From NCBI RefSeq assembly GCF_009914755.1, contig NC_060946.1: a DNA stretch of 64,000 nt; one strand, given 5' to 3'. Shown here in pieces: positions 1 through 14,000 of the stretch. The position numbers and the translations under genes were made by a program. Below the pieces are notes generated by a model. The model was not told the DNA's origin. It made no database searches and saw nothing but the letters and a program-made list of their open reading frames with translations. The DNA comes from the human T2T-CHM13v2.0 reference genome, Homo sapiens. Within the stretch, counting starts at the first letter, position 1. Every line of letters begins with the position of its first letter.

Positions 1-16
1 CCCACCGCGCCCGGCC
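1..16 (-). mobile_element. 5' end of an Alu, cut by the window edge
   Basis: ccaccgcgcccggcc is the reverse complement of the Alu start GGCCGGGCGCGGTGG. Confidence 0.75.
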
Positions 17-626
17 TCAGGCACAGGATTTGAACCCAGGCTGACTGGCTCTGGAGTCTGGGCCCTTCTCCCCTAGTGTTGATCATGATAGTGTCCAATA
101 TTCTTGTTCTCCAATGAGGCCCTCCCAGGTCACCAGGCCAAGGAGAATTCACTAGAACAGGAGTGGAAGTGTAACTGCACCCCCTGAGGGGACTGGAGTG
201 GGGCAGAGAAAGGGGTGTGGTACTGACCGTGGGGGTTTAAGTGTTAATTCTGATCACATCCTGACATACATCAAAAGAGACGGTCATGTGTACATATATC
301 CAGGGACCCGCACATCCAGGGACCAACATCCTAGATGTTTCTGCCCCTGGATGTGTACACATATGACTGTACAACTAGCTGACCAGATGGAAGTCAGCTA
401 GTTGGAACTTACCTAAAACAAGACAGCTAGTTGGAATTTGTTTTAGGCAAAAGAAAAGAAAAGAAACACTTTCACAGGCAGCTTGATTCCACAGAGCACT
501 CTGGCTTTCTGCAGATTAAAAAAAAATCTCATGGATATGCTCAAGCTGAAGAATGAAGATCCAAGTCAAGACAGAGGAATCCTGACTCACTGCAATGATC
601 TCTGGCAATTCTGCAGGTCCCTGAGC

Positions 627-666
627 TGCGTGCGTGCGCGCGCGTGTGTGTGTGTGTGTGTGTGTG
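627..666. repeat. (TGCG)/(CG)n/(TG)n alternating purine-pyrimidine microsatellite
   Basis: tgcgtgcgtgcgcgcgcg(tg)11. Confidence 0.95.
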
Positions 667-1370
667 GTCACATATGCCTCAGAGAGGAGCATGCCTCAAA
701 GGAGACCCAGGGGGGCTCCCTGGGGTTGGAGGGAGGAACAGCCAAGGCATAATTTCTGCCCCAGAGACAATGAGTTTAAAAGCTCCACTCTGCCACGGGG
801 ATATCTAAATTATACTTACAGAAACCTCAACTCTTTATTCATTTGCACCAGAAGGGGGCACTGTTACCTCTAAAACGCATCTCAGGCCACAGGTCCCCAT
901 AAAATAAAGTACCAGCCCCTGCACTGGCTCCCGAAGACACCCAGGTTCCCTCTCAGGCTCCAGACACTCCCCACCCACACTGGGAGTTTATTCCCAAATT
1001 GAAAAAACAAAAACACGTAAATGATGATTCTCTCCCAGCTTTCTTTGAAATCACTATTTTTACATCCTTGACTGCTCTTCTTAAAAGCAAGTCTGTCATT
1101 TAACCAAAAGAGGAAACATAGTATTTTAGAAGTGAAAAACAAGGAAAAAAAAGAGAAAGAAAACAATTCATTCTTTGAGAGGCTGATCTACATGGCCACA
1201 TCACCAGCCCACATTCTGTTTATGACGCTGGGTAAAAAGAGAACATTTCCAAGTCGTGTTCTTAAGCACAGGGGAATTTGTCTCTTCTTGATATTTAGTT
1301 TAAGTAGCATTTTCTTTTCCTTAGGATTAAGAAGTTTGTACTCCCTGGCTTCCTCTTGCTGAGAGGCTAA

Positions 1371-1783
<413 letters not shown>

Positions 1784-2606
1784 TCAGTGCTTCTTAAACC
1801 ATCCTGTACCTGAGATTCATGGGGGTGGCTGTTCTCCAAATCCCACAATCCCGCAGGGAGACAGCAAGCTTCTGCTCTCTGACAAGCACGGGAGGGGACT
1901 CTGAACTCTCTGCAGAACACAGCAGTGCTGAGCTGGGCCATCTCTAACTCACTTCCCCACCAACACCTGCCCCCACTGCCCACCTGGGCATTGAGCTGAG
2001 CCACATCAGCTTGCAGCTGCTTTCTGTTCACATCTGAATCCTAATCCCAGTCTGCTCTGCCTGACTCCCGGAAGTGTTCTGCGTCTTTCTGTCCTGGTTT
2101 TAGTAATGCTCTATGAGACATGATCTGACAGAAATTCATGGGATTCCGTGCAAAACACGAGCTGCTGTTTTGGGACTTCTGTGTGGGCCTCTCTTCCTTC
2201 AATGTAAAAAGAAAGCGTGGAGTGGCTCCGTGAACTGATTCCCAAAAGCTCACTTCCTTAAGGCATAACAAGCTTCCAGCTGTATTTTCATTGCACTGAT
2301 CAGCACCTGAAATCAATGTATCTATTAGTAATAAAAATAAGTAGTAATTTGATTGTGTTGTTTACATGTGTCTGTCTTTGCTGGCAGGTGAGCTCCTTGA
2401 GGCCAGGGCACTGATTTTCAGTCCCCAGCGCTTGCCAAAGAGGAGCCTGGATGAGTGTATTTTGGCACTGTTGCCTGGTTGCAAAATGAGATGTCCCACT
2501 GGCTGGGAACTATGGGTTATTTCAGGAATGACTATAGGACAGTAAAAAGAGAACACAGTGAAGAAATACGTGGTTCTTAAAAAGTTTCTCCAAGAAGTAG
2601 CACACT

Positions 2607-3095
2607 GTATCAGTCAGCATTGCTGTGTAACAAGTAATCCTCACATGTAGTGGCTTAAAATGCAAGTAGGCAAGCTGGCCTGACACAGCTGGGCTGTTCT
2701 GGTTTGGGCTACGGTGCTCATGCCTCTGCAGCCATAAGTACAGCTGTTGGATCAGCTGGGCTGGCTACTATAGGGTGGCCTTACCTGCTAGCATAGGATA
2801 GCTCAGATGATGGGGCCTCTCTCCACATGGGCTCTCATCCTCCAACAGGCTAGCCCGGGTTTGTTCACAACAGGGCAGACAGGCTCCCAGAGTGGCAGGG
2901 GGAGCCCCAGTGCTCAAGTACTTTTCAGGTCTCTGCTTGTGTCATGCTCATACCATTACATTGGTCAAAACAAACGACAAGACCGGCCCAGATTCAGGAA
3001 GTGGACATAGATGCCTCCTCTTAATGGGAGGAGCTACACAGTCTTGGTGAAAGTAACCGATGTAGGCAGGGGAAAAACTTGTGGCCATTTTTTGC
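2607..3095 (-). mobile_element. Old MaLR LTR (MLT1 family)
   Basis: tgtatcagtcagcattgctgtgtaacaa...ggcttaaaa start and ...ggccattttttgca end resemble MLT1; subfamily uncertain. Confidence 0.55.
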
Positions 3096-3185
3096 AAACA
3101 CATATACATACACCACGTTTTTTCTACTCACATTCTAATGCAGAGTACTAGCAATGTCTGCAAGGGAAGCTGAGAGGTGTAGCTC

Positions 3186-3603
3186 TGTGTTAGTCCATTC
3201 ACACTGCTATAAAGGAATACCTGAGAATGGGTAATTTATAAAGAAAAGAGGTTTATTTTGGCTCATAGCTTTGCAGACTATATACAAAGCATAGCGCCTG
3301 CATCTATTTCTGGTGAGGGCCTCAGGAAGCTTCCAATCACGGCAGAAGGCAAAGGGAGAACAGGCAAGTCACATGGCAAGAACAGGAGCGGGAGAGAGAA
3401 AGGGCAGGTGCCAGCTTCTTTAAACAACTAGCTCTCATGTGAACTCGGAGCAAGAAGTCACTCATTACCACGGGGATGGCACTAAGCCATTCATGAGGGA
3501 TCCGCTCCCTTGACCCAAACACCTCCCATCAGGCCCTACCTGAAACACTGAGGATCACATTTCAACATGAGATTTGGAGGTGATAAACATCCAAACTATA
3601 TCA
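3186..3603 (-). mobile_element. MST (MSTB-like) MaLR solo LTR inserted into an older MLT1 fragment (about 3140-3695)
   Basis: tgtgttagtccattcacactgctataaagg...catccaaactatatca; 5-bp TSD agctc/agccc. Confidence 0.85.
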
Positions 3604-3830
3604 AGCCCTTAGCTGCTGAGCTACTTGCCAGCTGTAACTGTATTACTGAGGAAGAGCAAGACAAATTTTTGGTGAAGAGTTAGCCACCTCTGTCACAGGC
3701 ATTTTGTAGACGTTGCTGAAAGGCAGTTCACAGGGGATGTGCTCATTTGCACTCCCACCAGCATCACCAACAGAATGTGTTACCAAACTTACAGATTTTC
3801 AGTAATCTGAGAGTTAATAAATGGTATCTC

Positions 3831-4718
<888 letters not shown>

Positions 4719-4719
4719 T

Positions 4720-4945
4720 CACTATTGTTTTTATTTGCATTCCTTTCTTTTTATTTTTGCGAGGCAGAAGTTGCTTCTCTTTCTGTGGTTAAAAACCAAC
4801 AACCTGCATTTCCTCCTCTGTGAACTGTGTGTTGATACTCTGTACCCATGGTTACTTGTCTTTTAAAATACTAATTTCTAGGGGTTCTTTGTATCTAATT
4901 TTGAGATTAGCCTATTGTCTGTGACATGAATCGCAAACATTTTCC
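4720..4945 (-). mobile_element. Old L1M fragment (probably continuing about 3720-3830)
   Basis: ttttatttgcattcc...tcctctgtgaactg...gcaaacattttc resembles the L1M ORF2/3' region in antisense. Confidence 0.5.
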
Positions 4946-5139
4946 TCTTGGAAAATCTTAATGAAGGCCACCACATTAGATGCAGTGTGGTTGCCCTGTT
5001 TTAAATGTCACCATTTGTCAGGAGCCCAGTAGAGGTTACACCTGCTTAATGCTATGCCATTATCTGCATTGTCCATCATATCATTTCTTTTTTTTTTTTC
5101 TATTTGTGTTACTATTTCCTGTCCTCATTCTAGGTTTTA

Positions 5140-5400
5140 AAAATAACTTTATTTTGAAATAACAATAGATGCATATGAAATTGCAAAAAACGTACAGAGA
5201 GGTTCTGTGTATCCATCACTCAGTTTCTGCCAATGTTGGTATCTTAGATAACTAGTACAATATCCAAATGAAGAAACTGTCATGGGTACAATATGTGTGT
5301 ATAGTTCTATGCCATTTTATCGTATGTGTTCAAGAAACCATCATGGCAATCAAAACAGAGAACTGTGCCATCATCACTAAAATCTCCTTAAATCTACACC
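5140..5400 (-). mobile_element. L1M (L1MB/MC-like) 3' end fragment
   Basis: aactttattttgaaataac...gtacagagaggttctgtgtatcc...actagtacaatatc. Confidence 0.6.
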
Positions 5401-5419
5401 TCTATAAAAATCAAGCCCA

Positions 5420-5795
<376 letters not shown>

Positions 5796-7229
5796 CTAAT
5801 CTATTTTCTAATTTACCCTCTTGTCATCTTATAAAATCTTCTCTAATAAGTTTCTTAGTACAGGATCAGATGCATAATTTGTTTACTTGAGCAAAAGAAA
5901 TGTCCAACTCAATCCTGGGGCCACATAACGTCTCACCCCTCATCACTTTCCCATGCTCTCCCATTCGCTCCAACCCACCCTTTTCTGAAATTACATCTGG
6001 TACCAGACAATGATTTTCCTCCTGGAGGGTTTGGAGTAAGCCCTCTTTTCCCACTCCAACATGAGTGTGAGAAAGTGGAACAAGTCTCCCCCAGGGTGTG
6101 AGAAAACCACGTCACTCTTCCTGGTTGGCTGATCTGCCAAAACTTTCTAGGTAAAGCTAAAAAAAAAAAAAAAGCAAAACCAAACCAAACAAAAAAAACT
6201 AAGTCCCACAGAAGCTATAAGCAAAGTACAGCCCACTGGGAAAAAGTACTGCAAAGAAGGTCCTTTCTGTCCCATGTTTATCTACTGAATTAATCTCCAG
6301 ATGGCAAAAGTAGTTTGTTTTGGTAAAGAAACCAGGCAAGAGAGATTCCAGAGAATTGTCTGAAATCCAATAAGGTTGCCAAACACTGAGATGGCTTACT
6401 ACTATTTCTTTAGCACACAGGTCTTCTGGTTTAGGAAGGTGTAAATGTTTAATCTTTTGTTTAGCATCTTTCCATCAGGCAATGTGTTGATGTCATCAAG
6501 ATGGAACTCATGGCTTACTCAAGTCAAGTGATAATTAGGGCACGGAGGAAGGAGGAAGAGAATGAAACCTGACTCCATTCTGCAGGTCTGCCACAGAGAA
6601 CAGAGGGTCCCTTGACCTTCTGACAGTAATATGCTCAGCTTAATCCTTCAAGATTGAGGCTCAAAGAAAATATGTCTTCAATGAAACTGCTTCCGCTGCA
6701 AATTCCACTACCACCCCAGGCCCATAGTACTGCCTTGATTTGCAGCATAAGAAGTATGATCTCCAAGAAGAAATTGGAGGTATTCAGAATCTTGGTTGTG
6801 ACTACTGGGCAAGGTAGACAAAGAGACTGAAACAAGCTGAAAGCTGCATGAAACAGCCTCTCAAATAAAGCCTGTCTTCTGTTGCATGTCACTGAGAGTA
6901 AAGAAAAACAAATGCAAGTGATATTTGATCTATAATCAAGATGCAGGTCCCAGATATGAAAATGTATCTATTAAATACCATCCTGCCTTTAGCTCATGGT
7001 TAAACAACTTCATCTGTTCCTAGGTGACCCGTAAGTCCTGGGTCCCCTATGTTTCCCCCCCAGCATACTGGATCCACTCATTATTTCTGAATGAGTGCTC
7101 AGAGAGGCTACGGGGACGGGAAGCTTCTGCAGGTCTTGACTCCAAATTCATCACCTGTGTTTCACCTGTCTGGTTAGCTGGCATTCAGTGAAGACACAGC
7201 GGATTGGTATTCTTAGCATATGAACAGCT

Positions 7230-7640
7230 ACTTGTAAAATACAGCCTTGCAAATGGTGCAGCCATTTGGAAAATGGTTTGGCAATTCCTCGAAATGTTAA
7301 ACATGGAGTCAACATATTACCCGGCAGCCCCATTCCTAGGAATATACTCAAGAGAACTGAAAATGTATGTCCACACAAACTATGTACAGAAATATTCATA
7401 GCAACATTACTCATGGTAGTCAAAAAGTGAAAACTGCCCAAGTATCTATCAACTGATGAAAGCATTACAAATGTGGTATATATCCATAAAGCGGAGTATA
7501 ATGCGGCCATAAAAAATGTGCTACAGACATATGCTACAATATGGACTAACCTTGAAAACATTATGTTAGGTTGAAAGAAGCTACAAAAGATAGCAATGTT
7601 TTACGACTGTATTTATAAGAGAAAAAAACTATATTTATAT
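7230..7640 (+). mobile_element. L1M ORF2 C-terminus / 3' UTR fragment
   Basis: Translation WKMVWQFLEMLNMESTYYPAAPFLGIYSRELKMYVHT resembles the L1 ORF2 C-terminus; followed by typical 3' UTR motifs. Confidence 0.8.
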
Positions 7641-8382
7641 GAAAAAAAATTCTACAGAGGATTAGTGGAGAGCCTGTCTTAAGAGTTTCTAGTCTAATGA
7701 AGGAAACACACAAGTGAACAAATAGGTACAATGCCAGAGACTTAAAGAGGCCTGTTTTCGCCACAGATGACACTTAAAGAAAAGAGAGATGGACCTTACG
7801 TGGCTTGAGGGGAGAGAAGAGGCTTCAGAGAAAAGGCAGTATTCAATGCTGGACTTGGAGCCTTTGCAGGCATTTATCAGATGAAGAATCCTAGAATGGG
7901 CACCTGTTCACATTTCAGCTAGGTGCCTGGACTAAGGGTTTTGCTTGTAATGAAACTTCTGTAGTGTACAAGATTCAGAGAGTGCAGTATCCGTGTGCTC
8001 TCACATGGCTCAGCAGAGAGCCTACGCTGGACAGGCGCTGGGAAGAGTTCAGAGAGAGAACACAGAACACAAGTCCATCAACTGCAAAGGCTGTTCTGAT
8101 CTTCCAGGGTAACTTTGATTTATTCTGTTTTCCTTTACTCTTGAGAAACTAAAACTTTCCATTTCCCGGACTTCCTTCTGTTCTCTTTGTACACTAATTA
8201 ATCAAATACTCAATTAATCCACCATTTGATTAAAAAAATACACAAGGCAAGGGGTTGTGAATACAAAGAGAGAGTCACAGACATGCTCCCCTGCAGCTCA
8301 CAGTTGACTACAGCATTTCTCAAAGCATGGCCTGAAGACAGCACCTGCGTTACCACGGGAGTTGCTTAAAAATGGAAATTCC

Positions 8383-8672
8383 GGCTGGGTGCAGTGGCAC
8401 ACGCCTGTAATCGCAGCACTTTGAGAGGCCGAGGCGGGTGGATCACCTGAGGTCAGGAGTTCGAGACCAGCCTGACCTACATGGAGAAATCCCATCTTTA
8501 CTAAAAATACAAAATTAGCCAGGCATGGTGGCGCATGCCTCTAATCCCAGCTACTCGGGCGGCTGAGGCAGGAGAATCACTTCAACATGGGAGGCAGAGG
8601 TTGCAGTGAGCCGAGATCGCACCATTGCACTCCGGCCTGGGCAACAAGAGCAAAACTCCGTCTCAAAAAAGA
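8383..8672 (+). mobile_element. AluS inserted in a MER5-like hAT remnant (about 8310-8770)
   Basis: Full Alu dimer; flanks cagcatttctcaaag...cttaaaaatg and ...ccaaatggttctgaggcagg resemble MER5. Confidence 0.9.
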
Positions 8673-9598
8673 AGCGAATTCCAAGGATAAAAACCCCTAT
8701 AGGTCGGATGAGCTAGATTTGGAACTCTGTTTTCCCAAGCGTACTCCAAATGGTTCTGAGGCAGGTGGTTCACGTACAAAGATAACGGCATTACCACGTG
8801 GAAGGAGCTCAAAGGGCCAGTGAGATGATGCAGTGGAGACACAGAGCCAAGGCGATCGGATTTATGTTCCCAGGGGACAGAAATTCTGAACGGCCTTTCA
8901 TTGGTGGGTGGCACTCGGATGGCAATCAGTTCAGAGGCTCTCTCAAAGATGAGTGCCAACTTTAATCCCTCTTGCTGTCTTTCTCCTTGACATGCTCCTG
9001 CATCGGTGTGACACCCACCCCACCCAGAGTCTGAGGTTCTCTGGCTCCTCTACACCCTCTTTAGAGGGAAGGTAGAATCATCTGCCCAGATGTGGAACCC
9101 ATTAAAGGAAGGTGACAGCACAAAGAGAAAGTGACTGGCCCCTTGACCAGAACAAACCATAATAACAAAAGGAAAGAAGGGAGGGGGAGAAAGGGCCCAG
9201 GAGACAGTGGAGGAGGTGTAAACAGTGGTTCCCAAATGACAAACCACATCTGCTCCTAGAGCAGGACTCAGCTGGCTGTAGGCAGAGGTGGAGTTCCTGC
9301 ATGGAAAAGCAGAACAACTTTGGTGCCAATGTCTTTTTGGACTTGAACAGATCTTAATCTTTCAGGGTCCCCCAGATTTTCTGCTCTGTAACATCAGAAT
9401 ATTAATATTGATCTCTCAGGCTGCTGGAAAGATTAAACGAGAAAAAAACCCATATGAGTAAAATATTCTAGCAACAGATCCTTGTACAGAGTAGACATAC
9501 CCACTTTGTTCTTCAAACTGTGGGTTCTGGCAGAGGTCGGGGGGGGCGGGGCGGGGTAAAATCTCACAAAATGTCCAATATTAAGGATAATACAGTAG

Positions 9599-10283
9599 TG
9601 TCAGCTAAAGAATGATGAAGTTCATAAATTTGGAAAGGAGAGATTTATTTCTCATAAAGGGTCGCAGCCTGCATGGTGGCTATTCTAACAGGCTGGGGAC
9701 TGTAGACTCCGTCAGAAACCAGAAACAGACACTTCACCAGAGGGAAAAAGGAAACAGAAATTTATGCTGATCAGGGTGACCAAATATACATATTCAATAA
9801 GCTATAGGAGGAGTCATGAATATTTATAAAAGGAGACACGTGCCCATGAGCAACTGAGCTTCATGGCCCTTCATGTGTCTCATGAACAAAAAATGGCAGA
9901 GTTAGCATTATCCAAGGGTGGAGGTTTTGATCCTCTGATGTCAAAAGGTGAAGCAAAGGACACAAAAACTCTTATTGCACATTCTCCATAGACTGGCCAG
10001 AACCACTCTGTGTTGGGTGATCTCTGATCAGGTGAAAAAGGAGGGGCAGCATCAGCAGGTTAGTAGATATCAGTCTCTTGAGAGGGCTGGTTTTTGTCAA
10101 TCCCTTGCAGAAGAAAGCCTAACGGTGGTTAGCGAGGGAGGGGGCATAACGAGGTATGTTTGACACTGACACCCCCAACCCATCACGGCCGACAACTTAG
10201 TTGTCAAGGTTACTCTGGGGTCTCCTTGACCAAGAGATGGTCTGATTTGTTAGGGAGCTTAGGATTTTATTTTTATTTCTTAG
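9599..10283 (-). mobile_element. ERV1 MER4-group solo LTR
   Basis: tttatttctcataaagggtcgcagcctgca...cagaaaccagaaacagacacttc...cttaggattttatttt, typical of MER4-group LTRs; exact family uncertain. Confidence 0.65.
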
Positions 10284-10285
10284 TA

Positions 10286-10420
10286 CTTAACATTTATTGA
10301 GTGTCTACTATACGCCAGGCATTGTTCTATGCATTTTGCACGTATGGAGTCATCTCTTCTTAGAACAAGCCTGAAAGACAGTTCATGTCATCAGCCTCAT
10401 CTTTTATAGGAGAGAAACTC
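10286..10420 (-). mobile_element. MIR
   Basis: taacatttattgagtgtctactatacgccaggcattgttct...gagaaact. Confidence 0.75.
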
Positions 10421-11264
10421 ATCAACTCACCACTTCCCTTATCTCACTCCCTACACGTGGAATAGCACTTTTTTTCCTCTAATTATTCTCTCTTTTGTCC
10501 TTCCTCAGTATCTTTCCTATCAGCTTATGCCTTAGCCAAAGGAAACTCTATAAAGAATTGGGAAGGGACTTTAAAGCTTATCTTGCTTTTTTTTCAGGAG
10601 TAGAAATGGTGAGCCCTCTCTAATCCCTGGCTCATCGCCTTTGAGGACCATGATGGCCCCTTGCCTTGGCAGCCCAAGCCCTGAGCTCTCTATCCTCCCT
10701 CCTGCTCATGTGTCCCTCAGGTTGAACCAGCACAACATAGTTGTGACTGGGGTGCATCAAATGCTACAGCTCGAATTACCTTCCTAATTTACTGTGGTTG
10801 CCCCATTACCTACTGGGAATCCATGCAAGAGCACTTACCAATGGGGATGCTAAAGCAAAAAATGATAGCAGACAATAAAGTATACACAAGACAAAAGCAG
10901 CCCCAACGTGCCTAGCTATTAACCGGGTCAGAAAGTACTAAATGCCAAAAGGAAAGATGACGAGGCTCACAGCCTGCCAAATAGGCCAGTGAACTTAGGT
11001 GAATCACTTCCCCCATGCTGGCCATTATTTTCCCATCTGTGAAACGAAGGCAGGGGATCGGATCTTTTTCTGAGGTTTGCTGGAACAGATAGCATCTCTG
11101 GTTGATGAGAAGGCTGCATGTTCTAAGATGCAGGATGGTAAAATAGGAAGCACACGGGCTTCAAAGGCAAACCCAAATTTGACAACTGACTCTGTCTTTG
11201 CTGGCTGTGTGTTCTCGGAAGATTATTTCTCCTTTCTGAGCTTCATGAGGGATTCTCACTGCTA

Positions 11265-11770
11265 TTAATATCTACCCAACCATCTTCCTCCTTCTCACCA
11301 GCTAACAGAACCATGTGTTTGTGTTTTGGCAGCAGCGGGAGACTGCTGATTTCAGGAAAGGTGGGCCTCTTCCTATCCTCAGGGAATAACTCATAATCTC
11401 TATAAACCAGACATGGTAATCCCCTTCCCTACTAGCAGCGATAGGGTCTAGGGTTCAGCTTATAACTAATTTCTAAACTATCAGATGTAAAGAGAAGTCT
11501 GCTTTGGAGGTTCCTATCCTAAATAAAAAGGCAGACTTCTGGGAAGAAGGGATTTTAGCTTTGCTCTTGCTTCCTGTTTGGGACTCTGAAGACAAGACAC
11601 CTGGAGCTATGGCAGCCATCTTGCAACTATGAAGTGGAAAGCATGAAGATAAAAATCCAATGTGCTAAGAATGGAAAAAGGATGGAAAGAATCAGGGGCC
11701 TTGGAAACACTCTCTACCTCCTTATGGCTTACAGCACAGTTACTTGCAGCCAAAAGCTCTCCTAACTGAG
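11265..11770 (+). mobile_element. MLT1 (K/J-like) LTR
   Basis: ctggagctatggcagccatcttgcaactatgaag; gttacttgcagccaaaagc...cctaactga end. Confidence 0.65.
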
Positions 11771-12528
11771 ATTATATAAATAACATCTGGCCCAGAATTT
11801 GGAAACGTTAAGAAAACTCACTGAAAGCTAGCAAACACCATTGCCTATTGGAAAGACTCTTGCTGAGGCTTTTTTTTTTTTTTTTTTAGCCATCAGATAA
11901 GTCTCCTAATGATACTGTTTTTATATTTTCCTGGTAAGTTAAAACGAAAACAAAACAACTAGGCAGAAAACGTCCTTCTCCTTTAAGCACTCTTGTTTTC
12001 TCTGGCCTTACAAGATTCAGCTCACCTAGGCATTTAGAAGCTAGGCATAGTTGCGCTCTGAGGACCATGTCCCATGAGGATCATGCATCAGCTTCACAAG
12101 TACAAGGCCTATCACACAGTCCCTGCAGAGCCTGAGTCTCCAGGGATGAGGACCAGGATCTAAAAGCTCCCTGTGTGATGAACTGTCATGCAGATTCAAA
12201 TTTGAGAAATAGCAGCCTACATGATGCACCCTGGACTCCGATGTAATTATTTGGTTATCTAGTCATTTTCTTTGCTACTAAAAGAACAGTATCTTATTGA
12301 CTGGCCATTAAGTACCATAGAGTACACACCAGAGACTCAGGAATTGCAGAGCTTGACTCTCTACCCAGTCATTCAATGTGGACAGGGCACTGATATCTGG
12401 TCTCACTCCTCATCTTCACACTAACAGATGTGAGAGTCTTGGTGACTGACTTGCCCTAATTGTACTTTGGCCTCTCCATCCATAACCTGACACCTGACAA
12501 CATCAAGCCAGTAGTACTATACTTATAG

Positions 12529-12875
<347 letters not shown>

Positions 12876-13844
12876 TGAATTATATCAATTATCTCTCCAA
12901 CTACCTGGATGTGGACACCACTGTGACCTCCACACTTCCTTTTGAGAAGCCTAATGCAGATTAATTTACTGACTGAAGATCACACAGCTAGAAAATGGCA
13001 CAAGGAAACATGAATATGTTGCACCGATGCTGCTTTTGTAATTGTGTGCTGCTGTCTTAAGACAAAGATCCTGATGAACTTGGAATCCTTCACCTGGAGA
13101 AATGCAGCATGGAGGAGGGAAACCGCCCAGGAGGCTCTGATAGTAGACTTCAATTACCTGAAGGACTGTCACAGTACAACCAATCAGCCTCAGCTGTAGG
13201 GTCTCAAGGACCAAACTCAAAGAAGGGAGAGGAAGTTAGAAAGAATGGTTTAGGATGCAAGGTTTGCTCAGGCTGCCCGGAACAAGAGAAGATTATCTTG
13301 CCGGGTGAGCTTCCTTCCAATGGTTCCATGCAACAGACACTGCATGCCTGCAAGGTGGGGATTGCAAGGAGGCGCCTGAAGCCTCAGGAGTGCCTAGATG
13401 ATCTAGAAAGCTGTTTTAGTACATTTTTGCAATCAACTTAGATGCCGTAGTGGTGCACCACTCTGATGTGCCTAGCACAGAGTGAGCATTTAATTAACAC
13501 TTGCTAAATAAATGGATGAATAGAACAGGGATGAAGAGGACCAAATCTATCCCTTATTTCATTCCCACCACTTGCTAACTCTAATAATCTCTCCCAACTT
13601 TTGTTTCCTTGTACAAAGAAATCTTGGGCTTCAGAATTTCTTTTAACGTTTTATTTCCTCCCCACCTAAAACACCTGTTCTAACCACCTTTGAGAAATTT
13701 TTGGAGGCTACGTGTGATACAGAAAGCTTCTTGAGGAAAAATGTTCTGTTTTATACTTGTTTCTGTCCCCACAGGATCTAGGTTGGGTCTGTACCTGCAG
13801 CAGGGAAATCTCTAGATGTGCAAGCCCTGACAAGGGGGAGACTA

Positions 13845-14000
13845 AAGAACAGCCATTTCCTGAACCCCAACTCTGTGCCAGACACTAATCCATATATTTC
13901 ACATACATTATCTCAAATGATCCAGACACCAACACTCTAAGGCAGAGATTTTCATCCCCACTTTACAGATATAAAAACTAAGGCTAACAGAGGCTGGCTG
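13845..14000 (-). mobile_element. MIR
   Basis: tgtgccagacact...catccccactttacagatataaaaactaaggct. Confidence 0.7.

Noticed and set aside
7151-7561. 136-aa minus ORF and overlapping 65-aa plus ORF
   Set aside because: Decayed L1 ORF2 end and 3' UTR, not an intact coding gene.
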